Counted from the stretch's first letter, positions 8,695-18,657 are shown. The stretch: 64,000 nt of DNA from Candidatus Aminicenantes bacterium UBA1061 (GCA_002316315.1 DCDG01000022.1:66731-130730); one strand, 5' to 3'. Numbers and translations are program-made. Notes: generated by a model from the letters alone, not told the origin.

Positions 8695-10458
8695 ATGAAA
8701 TGGTCAAGGTCGGGGAGTGTTTTTGTAGCGCTATTAACACTGACTTTTTTGGTTGTTGCGGCCTCGGCTGCCGGGCTGACACCGCTTCAGAAAGCCATTC
8801 AGAAGGGCGATATCAAGAAAGTTACTGAGCTTTTAGATAAAGGGGCTAAAATTAATGAATGGAATTTTGGCACGCCTTTAATCATGGCTGCCTCCTCCGG
8901 CCAGCTACAGATAGCTAAGCTTCTTATCGAGCGCGGGGCTGATCTCAATATGATCGGGCAGAACGGCTGGACAGCTCTCGGCTGTGCGGCCGCCGAAGGC
9001 CACAGTGATATAGTTGACCTTTTAATCAGCAAGGGAGCCGATGTCGATCAAGCCATTCAGGGGATGAAGACCTGGGCCGAATGGTCACGCAGTCTTGGAA
9101 CTAACCTTGATCAGAAATTAAGTCAGGGAGCAATATTGATTCAAAAACGTGCTGGCCAGGCTTATTATGCCTCCGGCCAGTACGAGAAAGCAGCCGCGGC
9201 TTTCAGGGCCCAGATTCAGTCCGACCCTCGAGAACCGCAAAACTATGTCTTTCTGGCTTTTTCTGATCTGGCCATAAAAAAATATGACGAAGCCCAGGCC
9301 GCGGCGGAAGCAGCCCTTAAACTCGCTCCAGACAATGTTGAGGCTCTCCAGGCTCTGGCCGACACCCTGGCCGCCACCGGGGATTATCCGGGAGCCATTA
9401 ATTCCCTCAACAAGGCCATTGCTCTTGATCCTAAAAATCCCTGGGTCGAGATGCGGCTGGGGAATATTTTCTATAACCTGGGAAACTATGACGAAGCTAT
9501 CAACCATTTTCGCACTGCTTCAGAGCTGGCCCCGGATGAGCTTTCGCCTCTAAGAAGTGTGATGAACGTTGCCGCTCGAGCCGGAAAATACGACGAGGCC
9601 ATCTCCGCGGCCAGCACTTTGCTCGCCAAGCTTCAGCCAAAAGACAGCGCAGAAGTGCTCGGACTCAGAAGTTTTCTTTACCGCGAAAAAGGTCTTCTGA
9701 CTGAAGCCGCCGCCGATGCTGATAAAGCAGCTTCCATCGATCCTGACCATGATTGGACACACCTGGCCCGGGCGGCTGTCGCTTTAGATCGCGGAGATAA
9801 TGGCCTGGCTCTGAATGAGCTTTCGGCTGTTAAAGATCCGGAAAATCTGGTGGCGGCCGTTCTTAAGGTTGTGGCTGTAGCCAGAAAAGGCGACCTGGCC
9901 GGAGCTGAATCAGCTTTCAGTCAAATCAGCAGAAATGTGGCCTCCTCAACTAATGCTCTTGTCATCCGGAACGCCAGCCTGGCGCTTGACCTGCTTAAAC
10001 CTGTCCGCCAGGCTCATCTTGATAAAGCAGCTTCCTTAGTTGCCGGGTCACACTGGGCAGAAGCCCTGAATGAATATGCTGCCGCCTTTAAAATTAGTAA
10101 CCAGGCGGGGCGGGAAGAACTCCTCTCCACGGTCAGTACTCTCTTTAAAAGTCACCCGGAATTAGCTGAACTTCCCGAAGAAGCCCGCAAGCATTCTCTC
10201 CGGGCTGAGGTTCTAATCCAGGAAAAAGACCTGACCGGAGCGGTTGAGGAATTTAATCAGGCGCTGGGGCTGGCTCCGTTTTGCCCGGTTCTCTACTATA
10301 ACCAGGCGTTAATCTTAGCCAATCTCAGGCAATACAGACAGGCAGTTGAACAGATGAAAACTTTTCTCCTCCTGGCCCCTAAGGATCAAAAGGCCCGTGA
10401 GGCCAAAGACCTGATTTATCAATGGGAATTCAGGCTCGAGCGCCAGGCCGGCAAATAA
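8695..10458 (+). CDS. Exported ankyrin-repeat / TPR-repeat protein.
   Basis: AGGAGG 5 nt before ATG 8695. The N-terminal hydrophobic segment VFVALLTLTFLVVAASAAG suggests a signal peptide. Ankyrin consensus G.TPL..AA..G...I...LL..GAD.N occurs three times (residues ~40-130). Downstream are multiple TPR-like A/L-rich 34-mers. Confidence 0.75.
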   Translation: MKWSRSGSVFVALLTLTFLVVAASAAGLTPLQKAIQKGDIKKVTELLDKGAKINEWNFGTPLIMAASSGQLQIAKLLIERGADLNMIGQNGWTALGCAAAEGHSDIVDLLISKGADVDQAIQGMKTWAEWSRSLGTNLDQKLSQGAILIQKRAGQAYYASGQYEKAAAAFRAQIQSDPREPQNYVFLAFSDLAIKKYDEAQAAAEAALKLAPDNVEALQALADTLAATGDYPGAINSLNKAIALDPKNPWVEMRLGNIFYNLGNYDEAINHFRTASELAPDELSPLRSVMNVAARAGKYDEAISAASTLLAKLQPKDSAEVLGLRSFLYREKGLLTEAAADADKAASIDPDHDWTHLARAAVALDRGDNGLALNELSAVKDPENLVAAVLKVVAVARKGDLAGAESAFSQISRNVASSTNALVIRNASLALDLLKPVRQAHLDKAASLVAGSHWAEALNEYAAAFKISNQAGREELLSTVSTLFKSHPELAELPEEARKHSLRAEVLIQEKDLTGAVEEFNQALGLAPFCPVLYYNQALILANLRQYRQAVEQMKTFLLLAPKDQKAREAKDLIYQWEFRLERQAGK

Positions 10459-10483
10459 TAAGCCCCGCCAGGCCGACTACGAG

Positions 10484-12943
10484 CTAACTGCGCCCGGCTA
10501 TTTCAGTTGCTAATTTTTTATTCTTCCCTGAACCGGCTATTTTCCTTAACTCCAGTAGCCCAACAATAATCATCATCGCCACGGCAATCGAGACCAGTTG
10601 AGCCGGGCTAATGTAAGCCAGGTTAAACCGCTCGTGTAAACCAGGGATATAGATAGCGGCTACCAGAAAACCGATCGCCCCCGCTGCCCAGATGTTCATG
10701 ACCTTATTGGTAAAGGGGCCCTGGCTCAGGACTGATTCCTTATCGGAGCGGGAGATAAAAGCCAGAATAATATGGCCAAAGATCCAGGCAGCAAAAGCAA
10801 AAGTCTGAGACTCGGTCACAGTTAGATTCCTGCCCCTCGCATAAAAATAAACCGCCGTTACCCCGGCAAACAGGACAGCTCCTTTGATTAGGATGTCTCT
10901 GACCACCCGGCGGTTGATGATATTCTCCCGGGGATTTCGAGGCCCTCTGGTATAGATATCCTTTTCCTTTGGTTCCGCCACAAAACCGGCCGAGGCAGCC
11001 AGATCCATAAACAGCTCCAGAACAATGATCTGAATCGGAGCTAAGGGCATCGGAATACCGGCCAGAGCCGGCAATAAAAAGATCAAAATCAGCGCTGCTT
11101 TAACGGCTAAGTAATACTTTATTCCTTTCTGGAGATTGTCAAAAAACTTCCGGCCTTCAAAAATTCCCTGGGTAATGGTGATGTAATTATCATCAGCCAG
11201 CACCACCTCAGCTGCCTCTTTAGCTACATCCGTTCCCCGGATGCCCATGGCGATGCCAATATCAGCCCCCTTGAGAGCTAAAGCATCGTTCAGACCGTCG
11301 CCGGTGACCGCCACCACTTCTCCATTTTTCTGCAGAGCCTGAACAATCCGGTATTTGTGCTGGGGAGTGGTTCTGGCAAAAACCGAAACTGTTTTAACTG
11401 TTTGCTGCAAGTCTTCATCACTCAGCTTATCCAGCTCTTCGCCGGTTAAAACCCGCTCGTTCTCTCTGATAATACCGACTTCCTTAGCGATATAACGGGC
11501 GGTTAACGGATGATCCCCGGTAACCATCATGGTCCGGACACCCGCCTTGGCCGCCCGGGCGATAGTTTCTTTAACTCCGCTTCTCGGCGGATCTTCAAAG
11601 CTAATCAAGCCGGCAAAATTTAAGTTCTTTTCAAGCTGACTGAAATCAAGCTGCTCTTCTCCGGCACTTAATTTCTTACAGGCAACAGCAATTACTCTCC
11701 GGCCCCTGGCCGTTTCTTCGGCCAGTTTGTTTTTAATCTCATCGCCGATGTTCTGGCACATAGTCAGTATTTCTTCCGGGGCACCGCTGGCGAACAATTC
11801 ATAGTCATTGCCACTTTTTCTGACTATTGATTTTGTTTTGCGGCCATTGCCCAGGTTCCGCTGGCGAACAATCCCGGAGGCCGCCTCAACTATCTTCAAC
11901 TCAGCCGCTTTATTTTTAATTTCCTGCTCCATGGGCGACAGAGAATATGGAGAAATTGCTCCCAGTGCTCTCTTTATGATTTCTTCCTGACTGCCCGGAT
12001 AAAGCGAAACGATTCTCATCTTGTTCTCAGTAATGGTGCCGGTCTTATCGGTCACAATGACCGTGGCATTACCCAGGATTTCGGCTGCCTTTATTCTTTT
12101 CACCAGAAAATTATTCTTGGACAGGGTATAAGCCCCAAGCCCTAAGACCATGGTGATAACGATCGGCAATTCTTCCGGAATGGTGGCAAAAGCTAAAGAA
12201 AGTCCGGTTAAAACCATCGTTCTGAAATCCTGGCCGCGGATGATGCCCACCACCGGAATTAGAATTGAAAAGAAAACAGCTAAATAAACCAGTTTGCCGG
12301 CTAAAGATTTCATGGCCAGCTGCAAAGCCGTCCTGGGAGGCTTAACCTCCTTCAGGGTAGCAGCAATTTCGCCCAGTTTAGTCTGGCGGCCGGTAGCCGT
12401 GACCTCGGCCTGCCCTTCACCGGAAACAACCACCGTTCCGGCATAAATCTCATCATTGTTATTTTTGTCCTGGGGGAAGGATTCGCCGGTCAGAGCCGAT
12501 TCATCAACCTGCAAACTGATGCTCTGCTCAACCCGGCCGTCAGCCGCTATCTTGGTGCCTGGAGTTAAAATCAAAATGTCGCCAGGGACTACTGCCTCCG
12601 ACTCGATTTCTGTTATTATTCCGTCCCTGAGAACTCTGGTTTTAGGGGCAGCAATCTTTTCCAGAGAGGAAATGGCTTTTTTGGCCCGGTACTCGTTGTA
12701 AACTTCAGCCAGGACCAGTAAGAAAATGACGGCAAAGATGGTAATGGCATCAGCCAGCTTGCCCCACAGGCTATAGACAATACCGACCACCAGCAAGAGA
12801 AGAATCATCGGTTCGGTTACTTCGTGCCTGGCTATGCCAAAAAAGCTGATTCTTGACGGCTGAAAAATCTGGTTTGGACCAAATTCCTCCAGCCGCTTTC
12901 TGGCCTCTTCGGCGGTCAGCCCTTTGTTTTCTTTTTGATTCAT
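10484..12943 (-). CDS. Cation-translocating P-type ATPase (P2-type; Ca2+/Mg2+-like).
   Basis: The hallmark motifs are present: TGES, phosphorylation site DKTGTIT, MVTGDHP, and the hinge VTGDGLNDALALKGADIGIAMG. About 10 predicted TM segments. Confidence 0.9.
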   Translation of the reverse strand: MNQKENKGLTAEEARKRLEEFGPNQIFQPSRISFFGIARHEVTEPMILLLLVVGIVYSLWGKLADAITIFAVIFLLVLAEVYNEYRAKKAISSLEKIAAPKTRVLRDGIITEIESEAVVPGDILILTPGTKIAADGRVEQSISLQVDESALTGESFPQDKNNNDEIYAGTVVVSGEGQAEVTATGRQTKLGEIAATLKEVKPPRTALQLAMKSLAGKLVYLAVFFSILIPVVGIIRGQDFRTMVLTGLSLAFATIPEELPIVITMVLGLGAYTLSKNNFLVKRIKAAEILGNATVIVTDKTGTITENKMRIVSLYPGSQEEIIKRALGAISPYSLSPMEQEIKNKAAELKIVEAASGIVRQRNLGNGRKTKSIVRKSGNDYELFASGAPEEILTMCQNIGDEIKNKLAEETARGRRVIAVACKKLSAGEEQLDFSQLEKNLNFAGLISFEDPPRSGVKETIARAAKAGVRTMMVTGDHPLTARYIAKEVGIIRENERVLTGEELDKLSDEDLQQTVKTVSVFARTTPQHKYRIVQALQKNGEVVAVTGDGLNDALALKGADIGIAMGIRGTDVAKEAAEVVLADDNYITITQGIFEGRKFFDNLQKGIKYYLAVKAALILIFLLPALAGIPMPLAPIQIIVLELFMDLAASAGFVAEPKEKDIYTRGPRNPRENIINRRVVRDILIKGAVLFAGVTAVYFYARGRNLTVTESQTFAFAAWIFGHIILAFISRSDKESVLSQGPFTNKVMNIWAAGAIGFLVAAIYIPGLHERFNLAYISPAQLVSIAVAMMIIVGLLELRKIAGSGKNKKLATEIAGRS

Positions 12944-12963
12944 GTCAAACCTCCATCACCGGC

Positions 12964-13848
12964 TTAGTGCAGTTGCTCATAGTCGTTATCGGCACAAATT
13001 TCACATTCGGATTGAATCACTGTATGACTGATATTGTATTTAGATTTAACCATCTCATTTATCTCAGAGACTATCTGGTTAATCGAATCGATATCATTCC
13101 TGTCTATTAAGACGTGCGAACTAAGGGCATAAAGGTCAGAGGACAGGCTCCAGACATGGAGGTCATGAATTCCTCTGACACCTTTAACAGATTGAATATC
13201 CCTGGCCAGATTTTCCAGATCAATGTTTTTGGGGGTAGCTTCCATGAAGATATCAATTGATTCTTTGATGAGTCGGACAGAACTGACCAGGATGAAGGCT
13301 CCGATCAAAGCGCTGATCAGCGGGTCAAAAATATTATTGCCGGTAATGATAATTAAGATGGCGGCCAGGATAACACCGATCGAGGTCAGGGTATCGCTCA
13401 GAACATGAAGGTAGGCTCCCCTGACATTGAGATTCTCCCGCTCATAGCCATGCATTTTTAGGACCACATACAAATTGGCCAGCAGCCCGATAACGGCGAT
13501 GACGAGCATTTCCGGACCTTTTACCGCCCGGGGCGAGAGAAACCGCTGATAGGATTCATAAAAAATATAAAGAGTAATCAAGACCAGAGCCACGCCGTTA
13601 ATAATGGCGGAGATAATTTCTCCACGATAATAGCCATAGGAGAATTTACTGGTGGCTTTTTTCTGCGAAAGACGGATTGAAAAATAGGTCAGGAGCATGG
13701 CCAGCAGATCAACCAGGACATGACCGGCATCGCTCAACAGGGCCAGGCTTTTAGTAAAAATGGACCCGGCGACTTCAATTAATAGAATAAAAGATGAGAG
13801 AAGAATAAAAACCTTGAATTTCTTCTGCAACGCCTCTCTGGCAATCAT
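12964..13848 (-). CDS. Cation diffusion facilitator (CDF) family divalent-metal efflux transporter.
   Basis: Six N-terminal TM helices with the H..VD motif in TM2 (HVLVDLLAML) and HxxxD in TM5 (HVLSDTL). The C-terminal cytoplasmic domain is typical of CzcD/FieF. The start overlaps PadR by 4 bp, and the gene lies 20 bp upstream of the ATPase. Confidence 0.85.
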   Translation of the reverse strand: MIAREALQKKFKVFILLSSFILLIEVAGSIFTKSLALLSDAGHVLVDLLAMLLTYFSIRLSQKKATSKFSYGYYRGEIISAIINGVALVLITLYIFYESYQRFLSPRAVKGPEMLVIAVIGLLANLYVVLKMHGYERENLNVRGAYLHVLSDTLTSIGVILAAILIIITGNNIFDPLISALIGAFILVSSVRLIKESIDIFMEATPKNIDLENLARDIQSVKGVRGIHDLHVWSLSSDLYALSSHVLIDRNDIDSINQIVSEINEMVKSKYNISHTVIQSECEICADNDYEQLH

Positions 13849-14153
13849 GACATGACCTCGGCAATTAATTCTTTGATCCTGTCTTTAGCCTGACTCAGAG
13901 CTTTCCGGCCCTTAGCTGTTGTTCGGTAATATTTGCGGATCTTGCCCTCGATGACCCTGTCCTGGCACTTTAAATACTTTTCTTTTTCTAAAGAATGAAG
14001 CAAGGGGTAAAGTGTTCCCGGGCTCAACCGGTAGCCGTGGCGGCCTAATTCTTCTATCAGCCACAGGCCATAGACCGGCTGCTCAGCCGCATGATGAAGA
14101 ATATGAATCTTGATGAACCCCAGAAAAAACTCATGAGTTAAATCATGTTTCAT
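13845..14153 (-). CDS. PadR-family transcriptional regulator, first gene of the metal-efflux operon.
   Basis: 102 aa. Winged-helix motif YGLWLIEEL..HGYRLSPGTLYPLLHSLEKEKYL, followed by the YY.TT.KG dimerisation helix characteristic of PadR. Confidence 0.85.
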   Translation of the reverse strand: MKHDLTHEFFLGFIKIHILHHAAEQPVYGLWLIEELGRHGYRLSPGTLYPLLHSLEKEKYLKCQDRVIEGKIRKYYRTTAKGRKALSQAKDRIKELIAEVMS

Positions 14154-14155
14154 CC

Positions 14156-14193
14156 TATATATCGCCTTTCGATATCGCCTTTCAATATATCAG
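14156..14193. promoter_or_regulatory. Candidate operator: tandem 13-bp direct repeat containing the perfect inverted repeat ATATCG-N5-CGATAT, immediately 5' of the padR start codon.
   Basis: Sequence tatatATCGCCTTTCGATATCGCCTTTCAATATat. ATATCGcctttCGATAT is a perfect 6-bp inverted repeat with a 5-bp spacer. A second copy, CGATATCGcctttCAATAT, has one mismatch. PadR regulators bind inverted repeats of this size. Confidence 0.3.
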
Positions 14194-14357
14194 GCTGGCT
14201 AATCAGAGTCAACAACCAAATAGTTTAGCCACGCTTCTCTGTAAGAGCCGCTGATCTTTTTCATTTTTAGGGCTCTGGCCCAGCCAGAAGAGCTCTGGCC
14301 ACCATCATTTCTGGTTTTGTTCTGGTGAGGGTATAATGGCCGTCAGGAGGGTTTAAT

Positions 14358-16286
14358 ATGGAAAATAAAACCAGCTTTACCCAGCTTTTGTCTCCTTTTA
14401 CTATCAAAGGAGTCGAGCTAAAAAACCGGGTGGTCTTTCTCCCCCATGAACCCTATTACGGGAGCGAAGATCATTTGCCGACCAGGAAACACCGGTTTTA
14501 CTATGAAGAGCGGGCCAGGGGCGGGGTAGGCTTAATCGTCATGCCCAGTCTCGGAGTTCATCCGAGCGGCTACTATGCCTGCCAGGTGGCAGCCAAGGAG
14601 GAAAGCCTGCCCAGGTTTAAAGAAATCACGGCTACCGTCCACGCCTATGGAACCAAAATATTCGCTCAGATGACTCACTATGGAAATCAAACCAAAAGTA
14701 TCGAAACTCTTCAGCCGACCTGGGCTCCATCAGCTATTCCCGACCTGACCGTCAGAGAAATCCCTAAAGAAATGACCAGAGAAGAAATCGCCACCCTGGT
14801 CAAAGCCTTTGGCCAGGCTGCTCAACTGCTAATGAGAGCTAATTTTGATGGCTTTGAAATCAAAGTGGCTCATGATGGAATTTTGAGGCAGTTTTTATCG
14901 CCGGCTAAAAATGCCCGAAAAGATGAATACGGGGGAAACCTCCAGAACAGAGCCAGAATCGTCATCGAGGTTCTCAGGGAAATAAGACAGTATATCGGCG
15001 ACAAACCCTTAGGCATCAGACTCTGCCTGGATGAATTCATTCCCAATGGCTACTCGATTGATGACGCCATTGAGTATGCTAAGCTATTTAATCCCCTGGT
15101 TGACTATATCAACTCTGATTTCGGCACCTGGGAGAGCATGGCCTATAGTCTCCCGTCTTTAAACTTCGAGCAGGGGCTTCATCTTCAGGCTATCGCCCGG
15201 GTCAAAAAGGCAGTCACCGTACCCGTCATTGCCTCAGGTCGAATCATTCAACCCGCTATGGCTGAGCAAGTTCTGGAGTCAGGAACAGCGGATTTGATCG
15301 GTCTGGCCAGGGGGTTAATCGCTGAGCCCTACTGGGTAAGAAAAGTAGAAGCCGGGGAGATAGATGAAATCTCCGAGTGCATTGGCTGTAACCAGAAATG
15401 TATTGGGCGACTCCTGCAGAATCGGGCCATTAGCTGTGTCGTCAATCCAGCCTCCGGTTTTGAGGAAAATTATTCGCGCCAGGTCCTTACGAGTCGCTCA
15501 CCAGTGTCCCGGAAAGTCGTTATTGTCGGTGGTGGTCCGGCCGGCCTGAAAGCAGCTGAGCTCGCCGCCAGAAAAGGTCATCAAGTTGTGCTGTTTGAAA
15601 AGAGCGACAGCCTGGGCGGGAGAGTCAAGCTGGAAAGCAGCTTGCCAGGGAAAGGAGAACTGGGTGGCATCGCTCGCTATCTAAAATGTGCCCTCAATAA
15701 GCTAAAAGTTGATATACGGCTAAACACAGAGGCGACTGAAGCCGCTATCCTGACTGAAAAGCCAGATACAGTCATTATGGCGACTGGTGCCAACCGCCTG
15801 AATAACCCGGGAACATTTTCTATTGAAGAGGTGCTGAACAACAAGGTTAAAGGCGAGAACATCCTGGTTATGGACTACGATGCTGGCCTGGAAGGCACCG
15901 GTGCGGTCGAGTATCTGGCCAACCAGGGGAAAACTGTTCACTGGGCGACGCCTGTCTTTTTTAACGGTCAGGATAATGAGGTTTCGACTGTTCTTCTGCC
16001 AATTTATAGACGGCTGGGCACCAGGGAGGTCATCATTCACCCGATGTCAGTCATGGTTAAGTTTGATAACGGTCAGGCAACGCTCTTAAATCCTTATTTT
16101 AACCGGATAGAAACCCTCAGCGGGATTGAGACTGTGGTGGTCACCGGAATAAAAGTAGCTAACAACGCTCTCTATGCCAGACTCAAAGGTAAAGTAGAAA
16201 ACCTCTTCCTGATTGGTGATGCGGCTGCTCCCCGGGATACGGCCGCCGCTCTGGCGGATGCCTTGAGTTTAAGCGCTAATCTATAA
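14358..16286 (+). CDS. Old-yellow-enzyme-like NADH:flavin oxidoreductase fused to an FAD/NAD(P)-binding reductase domain (2,4-dienoyl-CoA reductase / enoate reductase architecture).
   Basis: RBS GGAGGG before ATG. N-terminal TIM-barrel OYE motifs. The cysteine cluster CIGCNQKCIGRLLQNRAISCVVNP is the 4Fe-4S site of the FadH family. C-terminal Rossmann motif VVIVGGGPAGLKAAELAARKG. Confidence 0.85.
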   Translation: MENKTSFTQLLSPFTIKGVELKNRVVFLPHEPYYGSEDHLPTRKHRFYYEERARGGVGLIVMPSLGVHPSGYYACQVAAKEESLPRFKEITATVHAYGTKIFAQMTHYGNQTKSIETLQPTWAPSAIPDLTVREIPKEMTREEIATLVKAFGQAAQLLMRANFDGFEIKVAHDGILRQFLSPAKNARKDEYGGNLQNRARIVIEVLREIRQYIGDKPLGIRLCLDEFIPNGYSIDDAIEYAKLFNPLVDYINSDFGTWESMAYSLPSLNFEQGLHLQAIARVKKAVTVPVIASGRIIQPAMAEQVLESGTADLIGLARGLIAEPYWVRKVEAGEIDEISECIGCNQKCIGRLLQNRAISCVVNPASGFEENYSRQVLTSRSPVSRKVVIVGGGPAGLKAAELAARKGHQVVLFEKSDSLGGRVKLESSLPGKGELGGIARYLKCALNKLKVDIRLNTEATEAAILTEKPDTVIMATGANRLNNPGTFSIEEVLNNKVKGENILVMDYDAGLEGTGAVEYLANQGKTVHWATPVFFNGQDNEVSTVLLPIYRRLGTREVIIHPMSVMVKFDNGQATLLNPYFNRIETLSGIETVVVTGIKVANNALYARLKGKVENLFLIGDAAAPRDTAAALADALSLSANL

Positions 16287-16463
16287 AGAGGAGGCGCGTT
16301 CAAGGCTGCTTAACTAACCTGCTCAGGGGTAGAGCTTGCCAGGAAAAAGTTCAGATTCTAAAGCGGTGAAGAAGTCCCGGCCCGGCTGGCTTAAACTCCT
16401 GGTCGATTACTTTGACAGCTGAATAGCTTTTATGCTACTAAATATCAAAGGAAGGGAGGCACC

Positions 16464-17354
16464 ATGGCCAGACAATCTAAAACTTCATGGCTGCTAATCT
16501 TCATCTTGGCAATCCTTCTAAGCTGGCTTAGGCCGGTTTCTGTTCAGGCACAGGAAGTCAGGCTCGATGTACCATTCGTCCCAACCCCCTATGAGGTAGT
16601 GGATGAGATGCTGAGGTTGGCTAAACTTGAAAAAGGAGATATCCTTTACGACCTGGGCTGCGGCGATGGGAGAATCGTTATTGAAGCTGCCAAAAGGGCC
16701 GGCATCAGGGCGGTAGGCATAGATATTGACCCGGAAAGAATTGAGGAAAGCCGGGAGAAAGCCAGAGAGGCTGGCGTCGAGCACCTGGTGGAATTCAGGT
16801 GCCAGAACATTTTCGAGGCCGATTTCAGCCAGGCCACCGTGGTCACCATGTACCTTCTGCCCGATGTTAATATTCGCCTGCGCCCGACCATCCTCAGGGA
16901 GCTCCGGCCGGGGACAAGGGTTGTGTCCCATTCCTTTGACATGGATGAGTGGGAACCCGAAAAACATACTTATGTGGCAGCTGGTCTTTATCCACACTCG
17001 GTCTATCTGTGGATTGTGCCGGCTAATATCTCCGGCGTCTGGGAATGGAAAATGCATCTTAATCAGAAGAAAATAGATTGCCGCCTGGAAATCGAACAGC
17101 ATTTCCAGAAGTACTCCGGACAGCTGATTTTAGGCGAAGAAAAAATTACGCTTCCTGAGAATAAAGTTAACGGCGATTTGATTGACCTCGTGGTCAATCC
17201 TGCCAGTCTCAAGAAGACTACCCTGCATTTCACCGGCCAGGCCATCAAGGACATAATCAAGGGTCAGGCTCAGGTTATCTCCGGACAAAAGAATTCAAAA
17301 GAAAACTGGGAAGCCAGACGCCGGCCCGGGACAGCCAGGGATATCGATATCTGA
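16464..17354 (+). CDS. Class I SAM-dependent methyltransferase with an N-terminal signal/anchor sequence and a ~120-aa C-terminal extension.
   Basis: Motif I LYDLGCGDGRIV, acidic motif II GIDID, motif III TVVTMYLLP. N-terminal hydrophobic WLLIFILAILLSWL. RBS GGGAGG. Confidence 0.75.
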   Translation: MARQSKTSWLLIFILAILLSWLRPVSVQAQEVRLDVPFVPTPYEVVDEMLRLAKLEKGDILYDLGCGDGRIVIEAAKRAGIRAVGIDIDPERIEESREKAREAGVEHLVEFRCQNIFEADFSQATVVTMYLLPDVNIRLRPTILRELRPGTRVVSHSFDMDEWEPEKHTYVAAGLYPHSVYLWIVPANISGVWEWKMHLNQKKIDCRLEIEQHFQKYSGQLILGEEKITLPENKVNGDLIDLVVNPASLKKTTLHFTGQAIKDIIKGQAQVISGQKNSKENWEARRRPGTARDIDI

Positions 17355-17533
17355 GCGGGCGTTTTCTTCAATAATTTCTGCTTTTCTTTTTTTCTCTTTT
17401 ATGTTATTAAATATTCTTAGTCTTCGGGATCAGACCATTGATTAAAGAAACAAGCGAATCGAAGGTCGAACCATTTTTTAATTGCCTACCAGGGGGATTT
17501 TTATAAGAAAAATTTTTTCCTAAGGAGTATTTT

Positions 17534-18499
17534 ATGTTTTCCAACACCCATTTTTCAAAGGCCAAAAAATATTGGTACATGGGGAGGTTTTATGACTGGT
17601 CCGAGCCAACTTTCCATCCAATGACACATGCTTTTCACTATGGGACCAGCACTTTTGAGGGGATCAGAGCTTATCTTACGGACCGGGGTCCGGCTATCTT
17701 TCGCCTTAAAGAACACATAGATCGATTTTTCCATTCAGCCTCTGTGGTTAAAATGAAGGTGTCTTTTACCAAAGAGGAAGTTATTCAGGCCTGCAAAGAT
17801 ATCATTAAAGAGAACGGCTTCGACCAGGCTTATATCCGTCCCCTGATGTTTTATTCCTATGGAAATCTCGGACTGGTTCCGGTCCACTGTCCGATAGAGC
17901 TCGTCATCGGCGCCTGGGAATGGGCTGCTTATCTGGGTGAAGCAGGGGAAAAAGGTGTTTATGCTTGTATTGTGCCTAAACGCCGGATTCATAACTCTCA
18001 GCTCGATCTGTCTGCCAAGCTCGGCGGTGTTTATGTCCAATCAACTATTAATGGCATAGAAGCCAGAGAGCGGGGATACGATGAAGCTATTTTCCTCAAT
18101 CTCGAAGGCCGAATTGCCGAAGGTCCTGGAGAAAACATATGTATCATAAAAGATGGCGTCCTTCAGGCCAACTCTAAATCCGAATCAATTCTGGAAGGCA
18201 TCACCAGGACAAGCCTTCTCGAAATAGCTCCTGACCTTGGCCTAAAGACTCTGGTTGCGCCTATTACCAAGGAAGATCTGTTCAATGCCGATGAGGCTTT
18301 CTTCTGTGGAACGGCTGCCGAGATTTCGCCCATGACGAAGGTGGCCGATATGTCTGAAAACCAAGAAAATCCACCGCTCTATACGATTGGAACGGGAAAA
18401 CCCGGAATCCTGACGCTGAAGTTGGCTGAAGCCTACAAGGAAGTAACTACTGGAAAAAATCCAAAATATGAAAAATGGCTGGCCTTTGTGAACGAATAA
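17534..18499 (+). CDS. ilvE: Branched-chain amino acid aminotransferase (class IV PLP fold).
   Basis: N-terminus HAFHYGTSTFEGIRAY, GLVP, and the C-terminal region with E.GITR (ILEGITRTS) are typical of IlvE. 321 aa. AAGGAG RBS. Confidence 0.9.
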   Translation: MFSNTHFSKAKKYWYMGRFYDWSEPTFHPMTHAFHYGTSTFEGIRAYLTDRGPAIFRLKEHIDRFFHSASVVKMKVSFTKEEVIQACKDIIKENGFDQAYIRPLMFYSYGNLGLVPVHCPIELVIGAWEWAAYLGEAGEKGVYACIVPKRRIHNSQLDLSAKLGGVYVQSTINGIEARERGYDEAIFLNLEGRIAEGPGENICIIKDGVLQANSKSESILEGITRTSLLEIAPDLGLKTLVAPITKEDLFNADEAFFCGTAAEISPMTKVADMSENQENPPLYTIGTGKPGILTLKLAEAYKEVTTGKNPKYEKWLAFVNE

Positions 18500-18657
18500 C
18501 GGGCAAAAGTCATCTTAAAGAGTAAAGACCAAACCATCTTGGCCGGTCAAAATCAAAGCCTGAGTGTAGAGATATTAATCTCATAGCCTGGTGGATTTAG
18601 AAATTAAAATAAGGTTATAATTTCGCTGAATAAAATCTAAGGACAAAGGCCGGGCCA

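Noticed and set aside
16518-17102. 194-aa and 98-aa minus-strand ORFs, and a 116-aa plus-strand ORF, overlapping the methyltransferase gene
   Set aside because: These are shadow ORFs inside a well-supported + strand CDS with clear MTase motifs. They have no RBS and no recognisable protein features.
17355-17533. Possible T-box or attenuator leader upstream of ilvE
   Set aside because: The leader is only ~180 nt. It lacks the conserved T-box sequence (AATTAGGGTGGNACCGCG-like) and any specifier-loop/antiterminator arrangement. It is probably a plain promoter region.
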